A DNA stretch of 64,000 nucleotides from Candidatus Rokuibacteriota bacterium (GTDB lineage: Bacteria; Methylomirabilota; Methylomirabilia; Rokubacteriales; CSP1-6). How positions within the stretch are numbered: position 1 is the stretch's first letter; each line of letters opens with the position of its first letter. The DNA is taken from NCBI GenBank assembly GCA_003220495.1, contig QHSP01000016.1, positions 87,831 through 151,830 on the forward strand. Reading direction: 5' to 3'. Shown here piece after piece: positions 18,856 to 27,505 of the stretch. The translations under genes were made by a program, and so were the position numbers. The notes under the pieces were generated by a model. The model was not told the DNA's origin. It saw only the letters and a list, made by a program, of their open reading frames with translations, and searched no databases.

Positions 18856-20028
18856 CTAATAACTGCGCGGCATCCCCAGCACGTGCTCGCCGACGTATGC
18901 GAGCACGAGGTTGTTGTTGACCGGCGCCGTCTTGTAGAGCCGGCACTCGCGGAACTTCCGCTCGACGTCGTACTCCTCGGCGTAGCCGTAGCCGCCGTGG
19001 CAGTCGATGCACGCGTTGCCGGCCTCCCACGCCGCCTCCGCGCCGAGGTACTTCGCCATGTTGGCCTCGCCGCCGCACGGCTGACCGCTGTCGAAGAGCG
19101 CGGCCGCCTTGTCGCGCATGAGCTGCGCGGCGTCGGTCGAGACGTGGGCCTTGGCGATCGCGAACTGCACGCCCTGGTTTGCGCCGATGGGCCGGCCGAA
19201 GATCACGCGCTGGTTCGAGTACGCCACGGCCTTCTCGGTGAACCAGCGCGCGTCGCCGAGCGAGTCCGAGGCGACCAAGATCCGCTCGGCGTTCATCCCG
19301 TCCAGGATGTAGGAGAACCCCTTGCCTTCCTGCCCGATCAGGCTCGTGGCCGGGATCTCGACGTTGTCGAAGAAGAGCGCGTTCGTCGAGTGGTTCATCA
19401 TCATCCGGAGCGGCCGCACCTCGAAGCCCTTGAGGCCCCGGATATCGATCAGGAAGACCGATAGCCCATCGGTCTTTCGCTGTACGCGCTCCACCGGCGT
19501 CGTGCGCGCGAGCAGCAGCATGAGGTCGGACTGGAGCACGCGCGAGATGAAGATCTTCTGGCCGTTGACCACGTAGCGATCGCCGTTGCGGATCGCCGTG
19601 GTCTGGAGCTTCGTGGTATCCGAGCCCGAGTTCGGCTCGGTCACGCCGAAGGCTTGCAGCCGCAAGGCGCCGGTCGCGATCTTCGGTAAGTACTCGCGCT
19701 TCTGCGCCTCGGAGCCGTGCCGCAGCACGGTGCCCATGATGTACATCTGGGCGTGGCACGCCCCGGCGTTGCCGCCCGAGTAATTGATCGTCTCGAGGAT
19801 CAGGCCGCCTTCGCGGATGCCGAGCCCGGCGCCGCCGTATTCCTGAGGGATCAGCGCCGCGAGATAGCCCGCCTCGGTCAGCTCCGTGACGAACTTGTCC
19901 GGATACTCCCGGCGCGTGTCGAGGTCGCGCCAGTACTCGCCGGGGTACCGCTTGCAGATCTCCAGCACGCCCGCGCGGAGCGCGCGCTGCTCTTCGGTGA
20001 GGGAGAGCTCGATCGACGCCATCGTCAC
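18856..20028 (-). CDS. Acyl-CoA dehydrogenase
   Basis: FGVTEPNSGSDT, VNGQKIFISR, FGRPIGANQGVQF, HGGYGYAEEYDVER. Confidence 0.93.
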   Translation of the reverse strand: MTMASIELSLTEEQRALRAGVLEICKRYPGEYWRDLDTRREYPDKFVTELTEAGYLAALIPQEYGGAGLGIREGGLILETINYSGGNAGACHAQMYIMGTVLRHGSEAQKREYLPKIATGALRLQAFGVTEPNSGSDTTKLQTTAIRNGDRYVVNGQKIFISRVLQSDLMLLLARTTPVERVQRKTDGLSVFLIDIRGLKGFEVRPLRMMMNHSTNALFFDNVEIPATSLIGQEGKGFSYILDGMNAERILVASDSLGDARWFTEKAVAYSNQRVIFGRPIGANQGVQFAIAKAHVSTDAAQLMRDKAAALFDSGQPCGGEANMAKYLGAEAAWEAGNACIDCHGGYGYAEEYDVERKFRECRLYKTAPVNNNLVLAYVGEHVLGMPRSY

Positions 20029-20822
20029 TTCCCCTTGAACTCAGGCTTTCGCTTCTCGTTAAAGGCGCGGACACCCTCGAGGCGATCCTCGGTCACGACC
20101 GTCGCATTATAGGCCTCGATCGCGAGGATCATCGCGGTGTCGAGGTCCGTCTCGGCGCCATAGGCGATGGCTTTCTTCGCCTGACGGACGGCGATCGGGC
20201 CGTTCTTCGCGATCGTCGTCGCGATCTGGATCGCGGTGGGGCGCGCCTGACCGGGGCCAACCAGGTGATTGACGAGGCCCGCCGCCTTGGCCTCGTCCGC
20301 CTTCATCCGCCGCCCCGTGAAGATCAGCTCCTTCGCGAGCGGAGCGCCGACGATCCGCGGCAGGAGCTGCGTGCCGCCGATCCCCGGAAAGATGCCGAGC
20401 GTGGTCTCCGGCACGCCGAAGACCGCCGTTTCACTGGCGACGATGAAGTCCGACAGGATCGCGAGCTCACAGCCGCCCGCCAGCGCGAAGCCTTCCACCG
20501 CCGCGATCACCGGCACCGGGCACCGGAGCACGCGGAACGCCGCCTGCTCGAAGATGACGTGCTGAGCGCGCCACGCCTCGTCGGTCATGGCGTTGCGCTC
20601 CTTGAGGTCGCCCCCCGCGCAGAAGGCCTTGTCGCCGGCCCCGGTGAACACGACCACGCGGACATCCGGGTCGCGCTGGAATCCGTCGAAGCAGGCGAGC
20701 AGGTCCTCGCCCATCGCGGTGTTCATCGCGTTCATGTGCTCGGGCCGGTTCAGGGTCACCGTGACGACTCGCGCATCGTCCGAGCGCGTGACGAGAAGAT
20801 GGCGGTAGGTCGCGACGCTCAC
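20025..20822 (-). CDS. Enoyl-CoA hydratase/isomerase
   Basis: LNRPEHMNAMN, AFCAGGDL, ALAGGCEL, PETTLGIFPG. Confidence 0.92.
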   Translation of the reverse strand: MSVATYRHLLVTRSDDARVVTVTLNRPEHMNAMNTAMGEDLLACFDGFQRDPDVRVVVFTGAGDKAFCAGGDLKERNAMTDEAWRAQHVIFEQAAFRVLRCPVPVIAAVEGFALAGGCELAILSDFIVASETAVFGVPETTLGIFPGIGGTQLLPRIVGAPLAKELIFTGRRMKADEAKAAGLVNHLVGPGQARPTAIQIATTIAKNGPIAVRQAKKAIAYGAETDLDTAMILAIEAYNATVVTEDRLEGVRAFNEKRKPEFKGK

Positions 20823-22009
20823 TGGATGACGCCCTTGCCCTTGAGGCTCCGCACGTCGTCGAGCGTGTAACCGAGCCAGGTGAGGACGTCGCCGCTGTGC
20901 TCCCCGAGGAGTGGCGGCACACGGCGCACGGCCGGCCGGACGCCGTCCCAGGTGAGCGGCAGGGCGATGCTCCGGTAGTCGGGCAAGCGCGGGTGGGCGG
21001 CGCCGACGAGCACGCCACTCTCGCGGGTCTGCGGCTCCTGCAGCATCTGGTCCACGCTCAGGATCGGGGACGCGGGCACTCCGGCGATACGAAGCGTCTC
21101 GACGAGCTCGGCCGACTTGCGCTGCCGCGTCCGGGCGGAGAGCGCCTCGACGAGCGCAGCCTTGTTGGTCACACGGGAAGGATTGTCCTTGAACCGCGCG
21201 TCGTCGACCAGCTCGGGGCAGCCGAGCGCCGCCGTCAGCCTCGTGAAGAGCGCGTCCGACGCGGCGCCGATCATCGCGAAGCCGTCGGCCGTGGGAAAGG
21301 CCTGATAGGGCGCGATCATCGCGGTGCCCGAGCCCTGCGCCTGAGGCACGGCGCCCGACGCGAGGTATCCCATGGCGTGGTAGGACATCCACATCAAGGC
21401 CGTTTCGAAGAGCGCCGTCGTGACTTCGATGGCGCGTCCCGTCGCGTCACGCTGACGGAGCGCGGCGACGATACCCAGCGCCGCCCACATGCCGGTGCCC
21501 ATGTCGACGATCGACGTGCCGACGCGCGCCGGCTCCTGATCGGGATGGCCGTTGACCGACATCAAACCGCTGTACGCCTGCATCAACGGATCGTATCCGG
21601 GCAGATGGCTGAGCGGTCCCCGCGCTCCGAACGCGGTGATCGAGCAGTACACGATCCTCGGGTTGATCCGCGAGGCGCCCGCGAAGTCGAGTCCGAGCTC
21701 GTCGATGGCTCCCGGCCTTAGGCTCTGCACGAACACGTCGGCCCGGCCGACCAGGCGGTGCAGGACCTCGAGCCCACCGGGCGACTTGAGGTCGAGGGCG
21801 AGGCTCTTCTTGTTGCGATTCAACGAGATGAAGGTGGCGCTCTCCCGGCCCCAATAGGGTGGCGCCCACGCCCTCGCGTCGTCGCCGCGCCCGGGCCGCT
21901 CGATCTTGACGACCTCGGCTCCCATGTCTCCCAGGGTCTGAGTGCAGAACGGCCCAGCGACGTTCTGGGTCAGATCGGCAACGACGATACCCTCCAAAGG
22001 ATGCGCCAC
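20819..22009 (-). CDS. Class III CoA transferase
   Basis: AGPFC, GAEVVKIE, NRNKKS, PGYDP. Confidence 0.92.
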   Translation of the reverse strand: MAHPLEGIVVADLTQNVAGPFCTQTLGDMGAEVVKIERPGRGDDARAWAPPYWGRESATFISLNRNKKSLALDLKSPGGLEVLHRLVGRADVFVQSLRPGAIDELGLDFAGASRINPRIVYCSITAFGARGPLSHLPGYDPLMQAYSGLMSVNGHPDQEPARVGTSIVDMGTGMWAALGIVAALRQRDATGRAIEVTTALFETALMWMSYHAMGYLASGAVPQAQGSGTAMIAPYQAFPTADGFAMIGAASDALFTRLTAALGCPELVDDARFKDNPSRVTNKAALVEALSARTRQRKSAELVETLRIAGVPASPILSVDQMLQEPQTRESGVLVGAAHPRLPDYRSIALPLTWDGVRPAVRRVPPLLGEHSGDVLTWLGYTLDDVRSLKGKGVIQ

Positions 22010-22031
22010 GCCAGGAGTCTACCATCGCGGA

Positions 22032-22051
22032 AGGGCCCCCAAAGGGGCCCT
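22032..22051. repeat. Perfect GC hairpin in divergent intergenic region
   Basis: AGGGCCCC-CAAA-GGGGCCCT. Confidence 0.55.
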
Positions 22052-22081
22052 GTCCCGTGATTTCTGGAGCGTCCGGACTGT

Positions 22082-22113
22082 TTGACACGTCTGGGGGAGC
22101 GCCGCGATAGAAT
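22082..22113 (+). promoter_or_regulatory. Sigma70-like promoter (long spacer) for the 604-aa hypothetical gene
   Basis: TTGACA at 22082-22087 and TAGAAT at 22108-22113 (20-nt spacer). Confidence 0.5.
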
Positions 22114-22125
22114 CGAATTCACTCC

Positions 22126-23940
22126 ATGGCTCCGAACGCTGAAGACTTGGCCAAGCGCCTGGCAGCACTGAGCGAACGATTCACGACTCTCGCGGCAACG
22201 CTCGCTCAGGCCACTCAACAGGTCCAGGCCGGGACCGTCCCGTCCGAGACCGTCATCGACGAAATCACCAAGATACGCACAGACTTCGTCGAGGTCCGCC
22301 AACGCGTGCTGGAGGCGGCTCGCTCGCTCTCGATCACCGTGCCGGCAATCTCGGAAGTCGACAGTGTCCGGGCGCTCGAGCCAATGCTCGAGACCGTCAT
22401 GCAGGCCGTGGCGAACCAGGAGAAGAGGGCGGCCCTGGCGGAAGCGCGCACCCGGGTCATGGCGCTGCTGGACCGGATACTGACGGTCACACACTCCGAC
22501 GGTCCGAACTTCGCCGCGCTGGTCCAGTGTCTGATCAAGGCCAGGGATATACGGCAGGCAGCCCAGGATCCCAAGGCGTTTGATTCTGAGGACGCCCCGG
22601 CCTTTCTCAACAGCATTCCGGCGTTTGCCGCCTTGCTCTCGATCATCGAGGGGCGCGACGCCCTCGACGACGACAAGTTCGCTGTCCTGGACGAGCAGGT
22701 GACCCAAGCCTTCGGAAGGACCCTGGCCGTCGCGGCGGCTCGCGGCAAGCTCACCGTCGGCGCAGGCTCCGCGCCGGTGGTGGACCGGACGGCCCCGCCC
22801 GCACCGAAGGAGCCGGTAGCTCGGACCGCGGCGGCTGCGGCGGCGCGCGCTCCGGCGCCGGTGCTCACGCCCAACCCGGCTCCCGTCGCGCCGGCGGCTC
22901 CCTCGCGAAACATCATCATCACGGAGCCGCGCGAGCCCGTCCAGCCCCGCGAGCCTGCCCAGCCGCGTGAGCCCGTTCTGGTGCCCGAGACCGCCCCGCC
23001 ACGCGAAGCCGCGCCGCCACGCGAAGCCGCCCAGCCACGCGAAGCCGCCCAGCCGGCCGACCAGGGAACTCAAGACGAGGCGGCGCAGTGGTGGGTTTCG
23101 GCGTGGGCGCGCTGGACGCAGTGGAAGGGCACGCTCGCCTTCAACGACGCCGTGAAGGAAGAGCTCGGCAAGTACAACTACGTCCTCAGCGTGCCGATCC
23201 AGCGGAGCACGGACTACGAGGAAGGCCTTCTCTCGTACGGCTACTCGATCCTCCTCGATCACATCGAGCACCGGTTCTCCGGCTTCGTCAACAAGGCGCT
23301 GAACAGCCTCAAGACGTTCCAGCCGGGCGCCGCGGGCGCGCAGAAGTCGGTCGGCGCCCACCTCTACAACGTCCTCGTGAGCGAGGGGCGGCTGCAGGAG
23401 ATCTATCCCGAGTTCGTCAAGAGCGTGCTCCTCGCTGCCGTGCCCGAGCCCGGGCTCTGGACCCACGCGCGGATTCTGGAGTCGACCACCGAGACGCGGA
23501 TCTTCACGCATCCGAGCAATCGCATCGGCGATCCCGAGCACAATTCGCAGCGGCTCACCCAGGAGCGGCAGCGGTTCGCCGACCATCGCTTCCCGGTTGT
23601 CGTGGCGCCGATCACCGCTCGCTTCTTCGCGATCGCCGCCGACTTGCGTGAGCCGCGGTCCATCGACGTGAAGCTCGTGGACGGGCGCAGCGACTCCGAT
23701 CACGCATGGCTCTTGACGATGCCGCCCGTCGGACGAGCCGACCTGAAGTCCGAGGTGCTGCGGCTCTTCCCGGAGGGAACCTCGGTGCCGGGGCTGGGAC
23801 GGGACTACGCGACCTTGTGGGTGGCGGTGTTCAACCCGGATCCGAGCGTGGAGAAGAAGTACGAGCTGACCTTGAGCCTCAAGCAGTCGGCCGCGACCAA
23901 GCAATCAGCCGGGACCTTCCGCTCGGCGCGGAGCGCCTGA
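22126..23940 (+). CDS. Hypothetical 604-aa protein: helical N-domain, Pro/Ala repeat linker, unknown C-domain
   Basis: Long ORF with normal composition; PREPVQ/PREAAQ repeats encoded by 18-bp units at 22927-23052; no family recognised. Confidence 0.8.
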   Translation: MAPNAEDLAKRLAALSERFTTLAATLAQATQQVQAGTVPSETVIDEITKIRTDFVEVRQRVLEAARSLSITVPAISEVDSVRALEPMLETVMQAVANQEKRAALAEARTRVMALLDRILTVTHSDGPNFAALVQCLIKARDIRQAAQDPKAFDSEDAPAFLNSIPAFAALLSIIEGRDALDDDKFAVLDEQVTQAFGRTLAVAAARGKLTVGAGSAPVVDRTAPPAPKEPVARTAAAAAARAPAPVLTPNPAPVAPAAPSRNIIITEPREPVQPREPAQPREPVLVPETAPPREAAPPREAAQPREAAQPADQGTQDEAAQWWVSAWARWTQWKGTLAFNDAVKEELGKYNYVLSVPIQRSTDYEEGLLSYGYSILLDHIEHRFSGFVNKALNSLKTFQPGAAGAQKSVGAHLYNVLVSEGRLQEIYPEFVKSVLLAAVPEPGLWTHARILESTTETRIFTHPSNRIGDPEHNSQRLTQERQRFADHRFPVVVAPITARFFAIAADLREPRSIDVKLVDGRSDSDHAWLLTMPPVGRADLKSEVLRLFPEGTSVPGLGRDYATLWVAVFNPDPSVEKKYELTLSLKQSAATKQSAGTFRSARSA

Positions 23941-23943
23941 GAT

Positions 23944-24357
23944 CTAGGACTTCGCGGGGTCGGCCGCCTTCGGCTGCTCTGCGACCTTCGCCGATTCGGG
24001 GGCCCTGGCGTGGTCGGGCGGGCGCGGGGGCTCCCCGGGCCCGGATCGTTCGAAGGGGCTGCGGCGCGGGGTGATACCGAGCTTCGCCGCGATCTGTCCC
24101 ATCGCCTGGGCGATCTCATCCTTCTCGAGCCGGAGCAGGTGATTCTCCCGCTTCAGGTCCTCGATGTCCTTGTGAAGCTTGTCCACTTCCTTCTGCGCTG
24201 CAGCGCCCGCGTGGTGGTCGCCCGCGATGAGCTCGGGCAAGAGACCGAAGATCTGCCGCGTCTCCTCGATCCACTTCGCGATTCGCTCTCGCGCTTCAGC
24301 AGCGGATGTAGGGTCCATGGCCATCCTCGTCTGCTCCGGGGCGCGGTCCGTCGCCAT
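23944..24357 (-). CDS. Hypothetical coiled-coil protein
   Basis: QKEVDKLHKDIEDLKRENHLLRLEKDEIAQ heptad pattern; fills the gap between neighbours. Confidence 0.7.
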   Translation of the reverse strand: MATDRAPEQTRMAMDPTSAAEARERIAKWIEETRQIFGLLPELIAGDHHAGAAAQKEVDKLHKDIEDLKRENHLLRLEKDEIAQAMGQIAAKLGITPRRSPFERSGPGEPPRPPDHARAPESAKVAEQPKAADPAKS

Positions 24358-24473
24358 ATGTCATTGGCCGGAAGGCCGACGGCAGCCTGCTAGCCCGTGG
24401 AGTTGCTACATTCGTAGAATAGCAGCGTAGCATCCGCGTTCCGAAATTAGCAATCCGGCCCCGGGAAGATCGG

Positions 24474-25046
24474 TCAGGGCGTCGCGGGCGCGGCCAGGAC
24501 GGCCTCGATAAACTGGCGTCCTTTCGGACTATCCCACGGTCTCGGCCCCGCGGCCCGCCCGACCAGCCGACCCTGGCGGTCGACGATGTACACGGTCGGC
24601 GGACCCCAGACGCCGTACACCTTGCCGGTCACATCCCCGCTTTCGTCGAGCAGCACCGGTGCGATGTAGCGGCGCTCCTTGACGGCTTGCCGGACCTTGT
24701 CGGCATCTTCCCTGAAATCGATGAGGAGTACTTCGAGGCCCTTACCGCGAAAGTCCTGGTAGACCTTCTGGACGGGAGGCAACTCCTCCCGGCACGTGCT
24801 TCACCACGTGGCCCAGAAGAAAAGCATCACGACTTTACCGCGTAAGTCGGCGAGGCTGACCGTCTTGCCGCCCAGATCCGGCAGCGAGAAGTCCGGCGCC
24901 GCCTTCGGCGGCGTGTACGGCTGCATCTGCACGCTGGCGAAGTCCGGCGGAGCGACCGCCCCCGGTGTGAGCGTCGCCGAGGCGACCAGCGCCGCGGTCA
25001 GGACTACGACGGGCACGAGTGATCTCATAAGCGCAGGGTATCGCAT
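24474..25046 (-). CDS. TlpA/ResA-like thiol-disulfide oxidoreductase, probable selenoprotein (UxxC, Sec at TGA 24803-24801)
   Basis: Two ORF-track fragments are in frame: ...[43 protein letters not shown]...[18 protein letters not shown]-terminal signal/TM. Confidence 0.88.
24773..24791 (-). promoter_or_regulatory. Candidate bacterial SECIS hairpin
   Basis: CGGGAGG-AGTTG-CCTCCCG (7-bp stem, 5-nt loop) starting at the 10th nt after the UGA. Confidence 0.7.
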
Positions 25047-25061
25047 GACGCCAGCCCGCGG

Positions 25062-27410
25062 CTATCTCTGCCGGAGTGCCCGCACGACGCGCTCCGGGGT
25101 GATCGGCTGGTCGCTGAGCATCACGCCGAGCGGCGCCAACGCGTCGTTGACGGCGTTCAGGATTGCGGCGGGCGCCCCCGTCACCCCCGCTTCGCCGGCG
25201 CCCTTGAAGCCGCCGGCGAGTCCCGGGGCCGGCGACTCGAGGTGATACATCTCGATCGGTGGGAGGTCGGCGCAGGTCGGTACCGCGTAGTCCATCAGAG
25301 TCGTCGAAAGAAGCTGCCCCGTATCGTCGTAGACACAGTGCTCCATCAGCGCGCCGCCGAGCCCCTGGGCGACCCCGCCCGCGATCTGGCCCTCGACGAG
25401 CGCGGGATTGATGATGCGCCCGCAGTCGTCGACGGCGACGTATCTCAGGATACGCACCCGGCCCGTGTCGGTGTCGACCTCGACGACGGCGAGGTGGGCG
25501 CCGTTGGTGAAGGTCCACGCGCCCGGGTTCGTATAGTGCACGGTCGCCTCGAGGCTCGGCTCGACACCCCGGAGCTCGTTCGACCGGAAGTGCGCGGCGC
25601 GCGCGAGCTCGGCGTAGCTCAGGCCCCGCTCTGGGCTCCCGCGGACCGCGGCGCGGCTGCCGCCGAGCTCGATGTCGGCGGCGTGCGCCTCCAGAAGCGC
25701 CGCCGCGACCGTCCGGATGCGCTCTCCGAGCGCCCGTGCGGCGAGCAAGGTCGCGCTTCCGCCGATCGGCATGCCGCGGCTCGCCCAGGTGCCTCCGCCA
25801 TAGGGCACCACGGCGGTGTCGCCGGAGAGCACCGCGACGTCGTCGAGGGGAACGTCGAGCACGTCGGCGATGATCTGCGCGAGCGCCGTGTGAGTCCCCT
25901 GGCCCTGATTGGTGACGCCGACGAGCGCCGTGACCGCGCCGCCGGGCTCGAGGCGTACGGTCGTTCCTTCCTGGCCCGAGATCGGCGCGCCCCCGACGCC
26001 GTAGAACTGCGCGCCCGGGCCGGTGAGCTCGACGAAGCACGCGAGCCCGATTCCCACGTGACGTCCCGCGGCGCGAGCCGCCCCCTGCTCCCTCCGTAGC
26101 CGGTCGTAGTCGGCAGCCTCCAGGAGACGCGCCAGCGCGGCCTGATAGCTGCCGCTGTCGAAGACGTTGCCCGCCGCCGAGGTGTAGGGAAGATCCTCGG
26201 GCCGCACCAGATTGCGCCGCCGCGCCTCCGCGGGGTCGAGTCCGAGGTCGCGCGCGACGAGATCGATCATGCTCTCGGTCACGGCGGTGGCGATCGGATG
26301 TCCGACGGCGCGGTACTGCGAGGTGATCACCTTGTTCTGTGCCACGACGCGCAGGGCCGCGTCGTAGTTCCGCACGCGATAGGGTCCCGGGAGCAAACGA
26401 AGCACCTGGCCACCCTCGACGACGCTCGAACGCGGATATGCGGAGTACGGTCCGACCGCGGCGGTGATGCTCGCCCGCATCGCGGTCAGGATTCCCTCGC
26501 CGTCGGCCGCGACCTCGACGCGGATCGTCTGCTCGCGCGCGTGGATGTCGGACAGAAAGGATTCGCGCCGGCTCGCGACGAACTTGACGGGCCGGCCGAG
26601 CGTCAGCGCGAGCGCGCAGGCCGCCATGTCGTCCTGGTAGACGTGGATCTTGATGCCGAAGCTGCCGCCGACGTCGGGGGCGATGACCCGAACGCGCTGC
26701 TCGCGCAGGCCGAAGAGCTCCGCGAGCACGGCTTGCATCATGTGCGGGACCTGGGTCGAGATCCACACCGTGAGCGCGCGCGTGGCGGGCTCGTAGTCGG
26801 CGATCAGGCTTCGCGGCTCGAGCGGCACGCCCGTGTGACGGCCCGTCGTGAACGTGCGCACCCACACGCGCCCGGCGTCGGCGAAGGCGCGCTCGACGTC
26901 CCCGGCGGTGAGTCGCGTCTCGTAGAGGACGTTGTCGCCGAGCTCGGGATGGATCAGGGGCGCGCCGGCCGCCACCGCGCTCTCCGGCGCGAGCACCGCG
27001 GGCAGCGGCTCGTACTCCACCTCGATCAGCGCCGCCGCGTCGTCGGCCGCCGCCCGGCTCTCGGCGGCGACCGCAACGATCGGCTCGCCGACGTAGCGCA
27101 CGCGATCGACGGCGAGCGGGCGCATGGCGCCCGTCTTCATGCCCTTGTAGTGGAGGAGGACGCCGCGATAGGGCTTGCACAGCGTGGCGACGGCGTCGCC
27201 GGTCAGCACGCCGACGACCCCGGGCGCCCGGCGCGCGCGGTCGAGCTCGACGTGGACGAGCCGCGCGTGGGCGTGGACGCTCCGAACGAAGGCGGCGTGG
27301 ACCATCCGAGGCAACGTCACGTCGTCGACGTAACGGCCGCGGCCGGTCAGCAGGCGGGGGTCGTCGCCGCGTTTGACGCGCGCTCCGATTCGGCCCGCCG
27401 GCGACGACAC
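25062..27410 (-). CDS. Xanthine dehydrogenase/CoxL-family molybdopterin-binding large subunit
   Basis: GRGRYVDD, DVGGSFG, QGQG, VDDCG..INP, GQIAGG, KGAGEAG; active-site loop QYRAVG. Confidence 0.92.
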   Translation of the reverse strand: MSSPAGRIGARVKRGDDPRLLTGRGRYVDDVTLPRMVHAAFVRSVHAHARLVHVELDRARRAPGVVGVLTGDAVATLCKPYRGVLLHYKGMKTGAMRPLAVDRVRYVGEPIVAVAAESRAAADDAAALIEVEYEPLPAVLAPESAVAAGAPLIHPELGDNVLYETRLTAGDVERAFADAGRVWVRTFTTGRHTGVPLEPRSLIADYEPATRALTVWISTQVPHMMQAVLAELFGLREQRVRVIAPDVGGSFGIKIHVYQDDMAACALALTLGRPVKFVASRRESFLSDIHAREQTIRVEVAADGEGILTAMRASITAAVGPYSAYPRSSVVEGGQVLRLLPGPYRVRNYDAALRVVAQNKVITSQYRAVGHPIATAVTESMIDLVARDLGLDPAEARRRNLVRPEDLPYTSAAGNVFDSGSYQAALARLLEAADYDRLRREQGAARAAGRHVGIGLACFVELTGPGAQFYGVGGAPISGQEGTTVRLEPGGAVTALVGVTNQGQGTHTALAQIIADVLDVPLDDVAVLSGDTAVVPYGGGTWASRGMPIGGSATLLAARALGERIRTVAAALLEAHAADIELGGSRAAVRGSPERGLSYAELARAAHFRSNELRGVEPSLEATVHYTNPGAWTFTNGAHLAVVEVDTDTGRVRILRYVAVDDCGRIINPALVEGQIAGGVAQGLGGALMEHCVYDDTGQLLSTTLMDYAVPTCADLPPIEMYHLESPAPGLAGGFKGAGEAGVTGAPAAILNAVNDALAPLGVMLSDQPITPERVVRALRQR

Positions 27411-27428
27411 GGCGGGAATCTATCACGA

Positions 27429-27458
27429 TTGACACTCGCTGACCGGCCCCCCTATCAT
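27429..27458 (+). promoter_or_regulatory. Sigma70-like promoter of ABC transporter operon
   Basis: TTGACA-18 nt-TATCAT; GGAGGGAG RBS before ATG 27506. Confidence 0.6.
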
Positions 27459-27505
27459 CGGCGCCACTCGAGCACCTCAGACCTCACGGACCCACGGAGG
27501 GAGCC

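Noticed and set aside
22927..23052. 18-bp repeats as an array or mobile element
   Set aside because: They are in-frame coding repeats in a Pro-rich linker.
24474..25046. Pseudogene or two small genes
   Set aside because: The single stop is TGA at the catalytic Cys position with a downstream hairpin, and both halves are otherwise intact; Sec recoding fits better.
25062..27410. True aerobic CO dehydrogenase
   Set aside because: Lacks the AYxCSFR motif and the coxM/coxS and accessory genes.
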